From contig JABHJM010000046.1 of assembly GCA_018691995.1 (NCBI GenBank), forward strand, positions 1-34,708: a stretch of 34,708 nucleotides of DNA, written 5' to 3'. Within the stretch, counting starts at the first letter, position 1. Each line of letters starts with the position of its first letter. A model generated the notes under the pieces. The model made no database searches. It saw only the letters and a list, made by a program, of their open reading frames with translations, and was not told the origin of the DNA. The position numbers were made by a program, and so were the translations under genes. The DNA comes from Candidatus Iainarchaeum sp. (GTDB lineage: Archaea > Iainarchaeota > Iainarchaeia > Iainarchaeales > JAAZKV01). Positions 9,801 to 18,500 of this stretch are shown here, one piece after another.

Positions 9801-11028
9801 TAATAGTTCTTGAATTTTCTTGTGTAGCTTCAACAAGAGTTATAACTTTGCTTTCACCAGCACTAATACTTTCTCCGCCAGTAACTAAGTAGTTAGGGTG
9901 TTCTGCACTAATAACATAAGTTTCTCCAGCTGCAACATTAAAATTTGCAGTTCCAGTCATTCCAGTTGTCAGAGTTTCAACCGAAGTTAGTGTTGTTGCA
10001 AGTTCAAGCTTAACCATTGCTCCGCTAATTGGTAATCCCAAAGTGTCTTTAATTGTAATATTAATTGCTGAATTAGTGCTCTTTTCAAGAGTTGCATTAA
10101 AAGTAATTTGTCCATTTTTTGTTAATTCTTTTATTTCTCCAAGTGCTTTTCCATCATATGGTTTATAAGCTCCAAGGGAATCAGTTACAACAATATAATA
10201 TTTTTTTGTTGAAACGTCATTAAACACTACAGTAGTTCCAGTGTTAATAGCAGTTTTTTGTGGGATTCCATCTTCTCCCATTAAATCAATTTTAAGTCCA
10301 TCAGATAAATCTGTAGCAGTTAATACAACAGTTACAGTTCCTACATTGTCTGTTTGATCTCCAACAATAACATTTTCTACTCCAGAAAAACTCACACTTC
10401 CTTGTACAACAGTGTGTCCTGATACAGAAACAATTTCTATATTTTGACAATTGCTAAAATCAGCATTGAATTTTCCATTAGTATAAAGTGCAGTGTAAAT
10501 AGCATTACTTCCGGCACAAGAATAATTTAATGTTCCGTTTCCAGAAATGGTTTGTCCACTAGCAGTTTTTAGTGATACTGCTTTTGTAATTGAAACATCA
10601 TCAAGAGTTAGAGTTAATTCTTCTTTTTCTCCAGTAGAGATAGTTGCAGTGATTGTTCCATAACCATTTTTTTCAACTTTAACATCATAATCTTCTGGTG
10701 CTAAAATAAAATTTGCTTCTCCGTTTGAATTTGTGCTCAAAAAAGAAACTTCGTCTCCGTTAAAAAATACTGTTACTGTTGCACCAACAATTGGATTTCC
10801 ATCTTGATCTTTTATTGTAAGAGAAAGTGGTGCTCCCGAAGTTAATGCAAATGTAAATGCGAGCACGACAATGATTAAAATAATTAGTGCGATAAAAGCA
10901 GGGAATGTTGGAACTCCTTTATTCTCAAGTGAATCAACAGCACTGCTAACTCCCGGTATTTTTTCAGTGAGTGCGAACCATTTATCTTCTAGAGAAAAAT
11001 AAGCATCTTTTATTGCATCCCCAACCAT
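3832..11028 (-). CDS. Giant membrane-anchored surface protein, paralogue B (2398 aa)
   Basis: Uninterrupted 7.2-kb ORF. ATG 11028 has a GTGAT box 5 nt upstream. The N-terminus carries YFSLEDKWF ... VPTFPAF plus a TM helix (IALIILIIVVLAFTFAL). Repeated CarboxypepD_reg/Ig-like beta-sandwich signatures follow: LSLTIKDQDGNPIVGATVTV, INITIKDTLGLPISGAMVKL, ITVITKDPTNDPVNNVRITL, IKLNVINNQREALRGVNITA, NVSIEIKSDNDILETLRTNSQGMATYDL. Then come the family motifs VHVRTGNAS, AKWIES, LWYRAWAKG. Many Cys and N-x-S/T sequons suggest an extracellular location. There is no C-terminal TM or sorting signal. Confidence 0.9.
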   Translation of the reverse strand: MVGDAIKDAYFSLEDKWFALTEKIPGVSSAVDSLENKGVPTFPAFIALIILIIVVLAFTFALTSGAPLSLTIKDQDGNPIVGATVTVFFNGDEVSFLSTNSNGEANFILAPEDYDVKVEKNGYGTITATISTGEKEELTLTLDDVSITKAVSLKTASGQTISGNGTLNYSCAGSNAIYTALYTNGKFNADFSNCQNIEIVSVSGHTVVQGSVSFSGVENVIVGDQTDNVGTVTVVLTATDLSDGLKIDLMGEDGIPQKTAINTGTTVVFNDVSTKKYYIVVTDSLGAYKPYDGKALGEIKELTKNGQITFNATLEKSTNSAINITIKDTLGLPISGAMVKLELATTLTSVETLTTGMTGTANFNVAAGETYVISAEHPNYLVTGGESISAGESKVITLVEATQENSRTITVITKDPTNDPVNNVRITLKTMDGTIVGEKNTGADGKAFFYNLEIGSYYAYAIKDGFDGVTSTRITLLPREANELPITMDIGKGTIKLNVINNQREALRGVNITAINYFDGTDEGVSSTNEEGIATFDIRADKKVYFEIELSGHMDYFTTSIYPDEGSTIDKEIVLVASSGKMSLTMIGLYSGDTVVSNSDREVSQGTYTAKLLLEVPKGSFSEAGVHVRTGNASNNTTNLMEEDPAYIGEVYTSAKKIIKGTTYTPPDGYNVDSQNYTNGNAKWIESIFKNPKEGVYEVEVDVTVTEINPNVGIDLWYRAWAKGSSLLKDPQSNIGGHELYLGAKNYLLSSGAANLCGDTFCKSYSVQTISGNNTGKIQYITNQMSAKQDTSYVLMANLINYSGKALNSSVLDIDGSGITIDGITVNGVEYDEDDEIILGTLSVDSFTQVSIAFSTTQSGSGSINLLVNSATKTELEETIAINVKANKTFKLDIIPKEIIPYVTNSLFFEANDGNTPLSNVSIEIKSDNDILETLRTNSQGMATYDLSPPSAGDVITFTAQKEGYDEVVFEKDVDEKIILLVPTEIDETIKIGEVASITQKILIENATVESLKITDISVEGEVADYLEITIDDIVGEIISADSDLNFNIKLKPNQTAKKLAAPKTVEGEVEIDVEVVSAGQEFEQELPIKIRLSMPGYLDSDNCLSITPGEVTFTTSTTEVSETLTLKNNCAAEGIDVALHNVEAKINESSKFGTIFLSGSGFNSISLSDGFVELAEYLASNEEEELTLRFVPTSSASSGTQKLTLSVEGKNVPEEGEEEKVRAKVNVDLTMSDLSECIEIEEPSGGMTLDIAGWNLGYNRIVNSNMSSYAQGYQGFNRGRMPYGMQSSIPFMNQGSGSTAYEENSFTIKNNCALDVEIDLDPDSKLNVSEEEFEISAGDDETITVTPGYTLGSYNIKINAKVADSEEAEERIDTVSVQVRRLGDVDDDCIKISTSTLEFNSLIYESKKYKVYNYCYSSGLQLTRGANAVTVQCDAQTSRVNPTQSAPYFQTGQQYQGLYQTGYPTTGGFGNNYQSYLGGQSCSGNSCSMVSGTRVYSRTVSDDSSTETLIFEVMPNAQYIPQRKLFDARTQSYGLFNSIANIRDWATQTDARTRVYGRINVEYSNQYGSTQCKQFPVEIEDMWRIGESIDSLVNWGDTSASPGECVSQNQRTNSLNVKEYWKGKGGSNPHGAIPGTEYNEDNYTYIASPPAVTYGPASNTSFYPQSSYYQMLNKNDPKRASSKSKNCGYLDKLSDISHAASVGGVGIKVGTVGVGSHQRETKGANLAVTLNRSGMTDACVLISIPIKAKLSRAATFENEEITWMLTALVLRDKITPDMIKDIDKDCKKVGDTTLIDCQKKLDDLAKKYKDNKHAVNDITKELKAAGCNDFSSTAIQKAIDNAKTDTGKCEVSAETFGFNRIDEINAKEITKEEYGDYCEDKFCNNDMLHYYLERQYLELDSAIDVAKSGAVTGFCTGNTKKEVNSRKISELYKEANTDIIKSCTNTGLEFYTGTDNELVVLPYAISEEVLSDNEGEVKVIKEDPSTSDIIALNWMVDVLSDIETEEETSADELMIMVNKVNLETSTFKEDDAKALGMSKVEDNYYLPLSTYKEMNKEIYALGDTDACDTGGNCVVTFCGSEKTITPDTMKAISEKGALVRGVIEDKADEKDIRAIYNANPKLEKIFEIAKENKDVYITGIKAFDKPAEEFHKTFKATHTSEFFTGNDATTTLEPGKYDYNLDTTYCKEDRTMEVTLVRLEMDEKENKASDNVLLQEGFKVGEDTSLQYSTNAVIVEADIGGGAIFYKRTPVQVTVTTSGGAKAIVYNPTEPLTTSDHLITWNGSMTDTKLSGNTFSQTIPVSLQEQTFNGIYYYPNAGSLSIMLNQGNGSVSAKALILSNKTSALESMDNGKHAKVSIGTLTGPTLKNVIEWTKEQKVACISADGQTINWNEAELVK

Positions 11029-11144
11029 TCAAAATCACTTAACTAATTCACTATATAATATTACTTTTCCTTTCTTTATTAACCTTACGTAATTTATTCA
11101 AAAGGTGAAAAAATAACACATTCTTTCTATATAAACTTTCTCTT

Positions 11145-12554
11145 CTAAGGCTTACAATATTTTGGACTTGCACTACTAGTGCATCGTGCTGTTCCAGAAG
11201 CAGGAGCACTATAAAGTTCTGTTGTTATTCTAATTTTATAACGAATAGTTTTTCCTTTTACAATATAAAGTTCATTTCTTTCTTCAAATGCAACATCAGC
11301 TTCAACCCCTCTCATTTTTCCACAGTAAAGTTTTCCACTTGTTGTTCCTTCAATTATTTTTGTAGCACCACTTTCAACACTTGCAAGGATTGATTTGAAA
11401 GGACATTCATCAATTTTTACTATTCCATCAATATCAGGTTCAAGTCCATTAACTCCCCAAGTAAATTCTCCTGCATAATCAGGTCCATTAATATTAAAAA
11501 ATTCTAAATCATCAGTGTATTGTGCATCAAGTGCGATTGCTTTATCACAAATGGCTTGTTTTGCATGTGCGTTAAGACCAATATTTGCCACAGTTCCTCC
11601 TCCAGCATTATATTCAATTAGTCCTGCAGGACGTGATGAGAGAGTTTGCATTTCATTTTTACTAGGGCTTGCAGGACATTCGTGCCCATCCCACTTTCCG
11701 CCACCACCACCATTAGGGTTAGTTCTTGGAACACACCCTCCATCACAAAAACCAAGTTTTGCATCAACTAGACTACCATTTACATTTTTCATTGCCTCAG
11801 CATTCCTTCTTGCAACAAATATTGCTTTGAAAAAACGAAGAGGAATATAAATCTTAAGTCTTGTTTTTGGCAAGATTGGTAATTTTGTTTCTCCTTTTGT
11901 AATAAGATCTTTTACAACAATTTTTGGTAAGTCTTCATAAGTTTCATCTTTTACACAATCAAGTGGAATGTTAAAGTAAAATGTTCCAAGTTCACATTCT
12001 CCTGCGCCACAATCAACAACTTCTAAAAAATCATCGCCAGTAGTTGCTAAACAATCAATTGCTTCATTAAGTGCTTTTGCAGTATTTTCTCTTGCAGTTT
12101 GATCTTTACTGCTAAGAGAAACGTGATATCTTCCATAACTTCCTTCATTAAATTGAAGTACTGTTCTATTTGCAACAAATTCTATTACTGCATCAAAATC
12201 ATTTGCGCCCCCAGCGTCAGTTAAAAGTATTACTCTTTCAAAATCATTTACAATAGCATCCCAATCATTATAGTTAGTGGTCGTTAAAATATTAAAACCA
12301 GGATCATTATCAATTTCTCCATCGTCAAATGTTAGATAATCTTGCATACTTGAACGAAAATTATAATTAAAACTTTGAATAGCATCGCTTCTTGCAATAG
12401 CAGCTGCATCATTTAATTGAAAAGTGTTTAACATAAAGTAAAGTTGGTTTCCCATTTTGTCTTCTGTTGTTGTCATTGTACTAACAAGAACAACAGCGGT
12501 CATAATCATTATTGCTGCAACAAGTACAGTGAACATGTTGAATCCTTTTTGCAT
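11145..12554 (-). CDS. Large Cys-rich secreted protein with a class III (type IV pilin-like) signal peptide
   Basis: The N-terminus is MQKG|FNMFTVLVAAIMIMTAVVLVSTM: a short basic n-region, Lys-Gly at -2/-1, Phe at +1, then a long hydrophobic helix. This is the prepilin-peptidase (PibD/FlaK-type) substrate pattern. The rest is a ~440-aa globular part with many Cys (DCGAGECELG, FCDGGCVP, ECPASP, YCGKM, RCTSSASPKYCKP) and a GGGGG loop. Confidence 0.7.
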   Translation of the reverse strand: MQKGFNMFTVLVAAIMIMTAVVLVSTMTTTEDKMGNQLYFMLNTFQLNDAAAIARSDAIQSFNYNFRSSMQDYLTFDDGEIDNDPGFNILTTTNYNDWDAIVNDFERVILLTDAGGANDFDAVIEFVANRTVLQFNEGSYGRYHVSLSSKDQTARENTAKALNEAIDCLATTGDDFLEVVDCGAGECELGTFYFNIPLDCVKDETYEDLPKIVVKDLITKGETKLPILPKTRLKIYIPLRFFKAIFVARRNAEAMKNVNGSLVDAKLGFCDGGCVPRTNPNGGGGGKWDGHECPASPSKNEMQTLSSRPAGLIEYNAGGGTVANIGLNAHAKQAICDKAIALDAQYTDDLEFFNINGPDYAGEFTWGVNGLEPDIDGIVKIDECPFKSILASVESGATKIIEGTTSGKLYCGKMRGVEADVAFEERNELYIVKGKTIRYKIRITTELYSAPASGTARCTSSASPKYCKP

Positions 12555-12568
12555 GAAGAAAATATAGT

Positions 12569-12583
12569 TTCTTTCTTAATAAA
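12569..12583 (-). promoter_or_regulatory. TATA-like promoter motif TTTATTAAGAAAGAA upstream of the pilin-like gene
   Basis: It matches the TTTATTAACAAAGAA motif found at 21756-21770 and 21065-21079 at 14 of 15 positions. The TATA centre is about 25 nt upstream of ATG 12554, which implies a leaderless transcript. Confidence 0.4.
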
Positions 12584-12598
12584 GATTTGCTAAAAATT

Positions 12599-15500
12599 TT
12601 ATCCACTTTCTGCGAATGGTTCCCAAGCACTAACTAGTCTGAAAAAGAATTCTGCTTTTTTTGGATCTGTGTTAAATATTTTTTTAGCAATTTCTTTTGT
12701 TAATGAAACATTAGCTTCGCCTTTTACTTCTTGGGTTAATTGAGTAATTTTGTTTTTCAAAAATGTTGATTTTCCAAGTAATTCCTTTTCTTTTTCACTT
12801 TCCTTATAGTCATCGCTAAGTACAACAATTAATGATCCGATCCAATGTTCTCTTGCATAAACAGCATTATCAATACTAATTCTTCGACTACTTTCCTTGT
12901 GTGAATAGGTATAGATTAACTCTTGTGTTGTTGGTGCTTGAACCATTTTTATAATATCTTCAATTTCATCAGAATCATCAAAGAAATCATTGTTTTGACT
13001 CAAAACATCGCGTAATTGACTTGGTTCAATATTTATTAGATATAATCTAAGTTTTCTTTCTTCAGGCATTTTACTATGTAAACTCTTATCCCAAACAAGC
13101 AGTGTTCCGTTTAGATTCTTTTCTTTTCCACTTAATGCTTTTATCATTTCTGCTTTTTCTTCATCAGTGTCAACCATATTATAACTTGGAATAATTCTTT
13201 CTTTTGAATCTTCTTCACTAAGAACCATTTTGTATGTTGCTCCTTTTAGTAAAGGGTCGTCTCCAAGAACAGTAATTTTTTTCTGAAGTTCTTCAGTTGA
13301 TTCTCTTGCACTTCGATTATAAGCATACATTCCAGCATAGTTTGAAACAACTCCACAAACAACTCCTCTTCCAAGTTCTTTCCAAAGTCGACTTGATTTA
13401 ATTAAATTTTTGAATTTAGTGCTTCCCTTTGTAGGTAATTTTACATCTGCTTCTTTTGCAGCTTTTGACATTTGTTTTGTTACTCCTTCATAAATATCAT
13501 CAATTGAACTATCAATACTTCTAATTGCTTCTCCTGCATTCCTTCTTGCTGCAATATTTGCACGAGAACGAATAGTTGATTTTAATTCAGAAACATCAAT
13601 TCTTGTTGCTGCATCTTTTGCTGCAGTATAATCAGCAGCACTACTAAATCTTCTACTAGCTTTTGCTGCATCGGCAAAGTCATCAGTTTTTACTTTGAAT
13701 TGTGAATAAATTTCTTTTCTTACTTCATCTTCCATTGTTGGACTTAATCCAGAAGTACTTAATACGTCGTCCACAACACTCTTTGCTTCACTAATACTCA
13801 TGTCTCCAGTTCCAGCTAGAGAAGGAGTAGCATCAATTTGTGCAGAAACCTTGTCTGAAATAATTTTTGCTGAATTAATTTGTTGTTGTGTAGTACTTCC
13901 AAGTGTATTAAATGCGACTTCGGGATCATCAAGGATTGTTGTCGCCCTAGTTTTAATTCCAGCAATATCGCTTATTGATTCTCCTTTTTCACTTCCAATT
14001 AAAAGTTCCATATTAGTTATTTTTGTACTGCTCTTTGAAGCACTACTATTTTCAAGTAATACTTTTTTGAGTTCAACATCATTAATTCCTTTTTGTATTG
14101 CTTTAGTTGCATCTTTTTCATTGACTACTCCAAAGTCTCTTAGTAATTTGAAATTCTTACGCTTTAATCCAGAAGAATAAGCATCTTTTCCACTTTTTGC
14201 AACTCCATCTTTAAATTTAGTAGCAACGTCACTTGCAACTTTTTCGATTGCATCATCACTTGCATTTGGGAAACTACTTCGTAGTTGAGTTATTAGTTTT
14301 CCTTTAACAATAGTGTCAGTTTCGCCGGCCAAGTAACTTGCCGTTCCAGCATTCCATCCCCAAAGTCTACTTCCAGCCCCATATAATCGTGCTACTCCTC
14401 CAGTACTTCCTCCAGCAACTAATGCAGGCGCATAACTTTTTGGCTCATAAGGTTTAGCTTGTGAAGTTTGAAATGGTATTCCAATGAATGGAATTTCACT
14501 AAGGAAAGCAAATGTTTTCTTAAATGCTGGATAATTGCTTGCAAAATCATCCTTAAACATAAATGCAGCTGGAATAACACAATCAGTAACAGGTGCAATC
14601 ACAGCTCCCCAACCAGTTGTTAGGTTACATGCAGCAGCTGTTGCACTACAAACTCCAAGGTAACTTGTAATTGCTTTTTTCTTTGCTTCTTTTTCATAAT
14701 TAAAAGTTGCTTTATTTGATTTAGTTCCTTCTTTTGTTATTTCGGCAACATCTTCTTCTCGTAATCCTGAATCTGCCATTCCTTTATAATATTCTTTCAA
14801 ACTTGGTATTGGATTAATGCTATTATTCCAACTTATAGTAAAATAATAAGGGTTCTTTTCTCCTTTTTTACTTATTTTATCCTTTTTCTGCATTAGTATT
14901 TCTACTAAATCATCAGGGTGAAGTGTTCCAGAATTAATTTTGATTAATCCATCAGCGTCCTCTGTTCCACGTGCTTCTCCAGCACTTTTGTTCATTGCAG
15001 TAACAACAAATGTTGCTCCATTAGCAGTAGTGTAAGTTGATTCTCCACTATCTTCGACTTTTTCAAGTGAAGGGTATGCACAAATTTTCAGATCTCGCAT
15101 GAATCGTTTGTCTTTACTATTCGCATTTCTTGTTAATTGTAATGGATATGATGTTGGTTTGGTCACATCTCCTCCTTCAAAAATTATTTCATAATAATAT
15201 TTTCTTGATTTTGAATCAACACTAGGATCTGTTTCTTCATCAGTTTTTGTTTCATCTTCACTAGTTTCTTCTGTAACCGTTTTGTTAGGATTTGTTACAT
15301 CTTCAATTGTAATTCTTTTTATTCCTTCAAAATCTTTAATTTCGTTATCTCGTCCAGCAATATCAAATGTTATTGATTCTGGAATAGGTGAACTAATATC
15401 TCCATAAACACATCCTCCTCCTTTAGCAAATAGCATTACTTTGTCTGGAATGTCAAGTTTAAGTCTTCCAACATCGCTTGCTTCACTTAGTCGTACACAG

Positions 15501-18500
15501 TTATGTCCTTCTCCGCTTTTCACAAGACAATTGTTTCCAAACGATCCACTCATTGCATCAGAAATCATTTTTGATAAACTCTTATGGAATGCTTCTTTTT
15601 CTGTATCGCTCATTCCGCTTACTTGTGAATTAACTTTTACTTCAATTGTTTTCTTTTCTCCACCAAGAATACACACTTCAGCCAAAGCATTTGTTAATGC
15701 TCCTTCACTTATTTTAATTTTGTTTCCTTGAGGGGTTGTTGTAACTCTAGTTTTATCTTTAAAGTGTCTTTCTGCAAGTCCTTCTCCAATTGATTTTAAG
15801 TTAGTTTCAGCATTAATTGTTGTAAGCCAAGTTCCCTTATTATCAGTTGCAGTAAATCCTTTGTCAATTGGAGTAAAGTTTGCTAAATTAACAATATCAT
15901 CAACACATTCAGGAGTAGTTAGTCCTCCTTGTTCTGCTAGATCCATTGCTCGAATAATAATTACTGGTGTTTGGAATGATAAAAAGTTTCCAGCTACAGG
16001 GAATGCCCCATCAATTCTAACTTTATAATATCCACAACCTTGCAAATCATTATCAATAAATACTGTTGGGATGGTGTAACCTGAAGCTGCTAAAAATTGT
16101 ATTGTTTCACTACTAACATCACTCACTTCAATTCGATAATCTCCTCCAGAGAGTCCTCCGCGTATTCCACTTGTTTGATTTGAAGTTAATTCACCAAGTG
16201 CTTCACGCAGTGCTCCAACGCTAACAACATCATTTTGTAAATATAATTCGAATGATTCTTGTTTCATTCCAACTTGTGCAAATGTACAGTAACCTTGTGT
16301 TTCACATCCAAATGTTTCCGATTGGCTTTGTTTTGAATAAGCATAAGATTCAGCTTTTCTTATTGCAGTGTCAAGTTTTTTTGCAATATATTCTGTAGCT
16401 TGCATAGCGTCACAATATCCATTAGAACAATCAGTGCTTGAGAGTTTTGGAACATCAATTGTAATTTCAGTATCCTCTCCGCCATCAACACATTCTTTTA
16501 CAGTGAGTCCTTTTGTTGCCTTACTATATTTGCCTGAATGATCTCCAGATGTAACATCAATGTTAATTGCTTCTGATTTAATTGGTGTTTGGCTAATATC
16601 AGTTATTCCTTGAATGAAAATAGGGTAACCCTTAAGGTTCATGTTTGGATTTATACTTCCAACACTAAGTTGAGTATGAACCATTGGTCCAGGAGGAACA
16701 ATTGTTGGTTGTACTCCAAGTAATAATCCTTGTGCTTGTGAAGTTGCACTAATAATTCTTACTGGTTCAGCACAATTGTTTTGTATAGAAATTTTTCTTG
16801 ATTTTGATAATCCTTCAATACTTAAATTAAATGTTGGATCATCAACAATATTTACTTTCAAACAATCAAATCCAGAATGATAAATTGTTGCATTTATTGT
16901 ACAAAGAGTTTCATTGTTACTTGTTGTATAATTTGTTACGCTTGGCCGATAGTTAGTTAGAGAATTGTATGTTCCACTTCCATTGTAGTAATTATTATAT
17001 TGTCCATATAAGTCTCTTTGTCCACTTCGATTGTTTAAGTTGCCCATTCTTCCAGTTACAACAACAGTTTGTTGAATTGGTTCGCTAAGTTTCGAATTTC
17101 CTTGTGCGAAGAGTACTTTTGTTGGAGTAATTGTTTGTCCAGCTTCAAGGTTCACTGCTCCAGAGGGTTCAACACTAAGTTTTGCTCCATTTGCCGTTCC
17201 TTGTATATTAAATCCAATATTTTGGATTGGAAACTGTGAGTTATTAGTAATGTAGAGTGGTTGTGCTGCTGTTGCTTTTTGTCCAACAGAGTTTTGTGTC
17301 ATCCAAAGTGTTACTTGTCCAGGGCATGATAATGCAAAGCTTGGATTGATTAAATTAACTTTAACATTAAGTCGTTTTGTTAAATAATTTGAATCATAAA
17401 TTACTTCAAAATTATAATTTTCGTTTAACCGCATTCCTCTTTCAACCAAGTTTTGTGCTCTTATTGTAATATTTTTTGTTTGTCCTGGTTGTAATGAAAT
17501 ATCATCAGAGTCAACGGCAATGTATGATCGGTTAGATTTTTCTTTTACTCTTTTTGTAAGCATTATTGCTTGGTCACAATTGTTTGTTGCCTCAACAACG
17601 TCAGAATCACTTGATCCAGCATTTCCAATTAAATTAATTGTTAAATTACTTGGTTCAAGTTTTAAACAATCAGAGTCAAGTTGTCTATTGTAAACAATAT
17701 TCATCATTGATGTTGCTTCAACTAAGAATTTTCCTTCAACGTAACCTTTAATTGTAATTTCAACAATTTCATCAATTGTTTCGCTACTTCCAACATATTC
17801 AATGTTAATTTGCACATTGTTCTTTTGTCCAGCGCCAAGAATAGGGGGAACCACAGCACTTATTTCAAAATTGTCTGTGTCGCCAATTTCATAAGAAATT
17901 TGGTTAATACTTAGTTCTGATAAATTTTCAAGTGGTTTTGTAACAATGTCTGTTTTTTGTCCAACCATCATTTTTACATTAATTTCTTCTTTAAAATCAA
18001 GAACCTTTGCTATACTTACAAGTAAAGTAGTAGTACTTGTACTAAACCGGGGGGCAGAAACTTCAACTGTGTAAAGGCCAGCATCTAAATTATTTTCAAT
18101 TCGATAACTTCCACCTCTTCCAGTTCCATCTTCTCCATTTCCACTAACACTCTTTACAACTTCTCCTTGTTTGTTTATAATTTTTACAAATGCATTTTCT
18201 ACTCCGCTAAGTCCTTCATCAAATACTTTCACAGTAAAGTTTTTTCCAAGTGTAACTAAAGTGTCACTAAGTTCAACAAGTAATTTCTTTTCAGTGACAA
18301 CTGTAAATGAAAGATCTTTTTGGATGTAAGCATTTCCTGATGCAATAAAATTAATATTTACTCCACCTGGTTGTTCACCAATAAAATAAAATCTTACTTT
18401 TTGCATAGAATCTTTTGTAACAGAAACTGCGATTGTTGATTCGCTTGTACCTTGTGTTAATAAATTTTCTACAAAGTTAAACGTTCCATTTTGTGTTCCA

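Noticed and set aside
11515-11850. 111-aa plus-strand ORF containing a PPPPP run
   Set aside because: It is antisense to the pilin-like gene. The poly-Pro is simply the complement of that gene's GGGGG codons.
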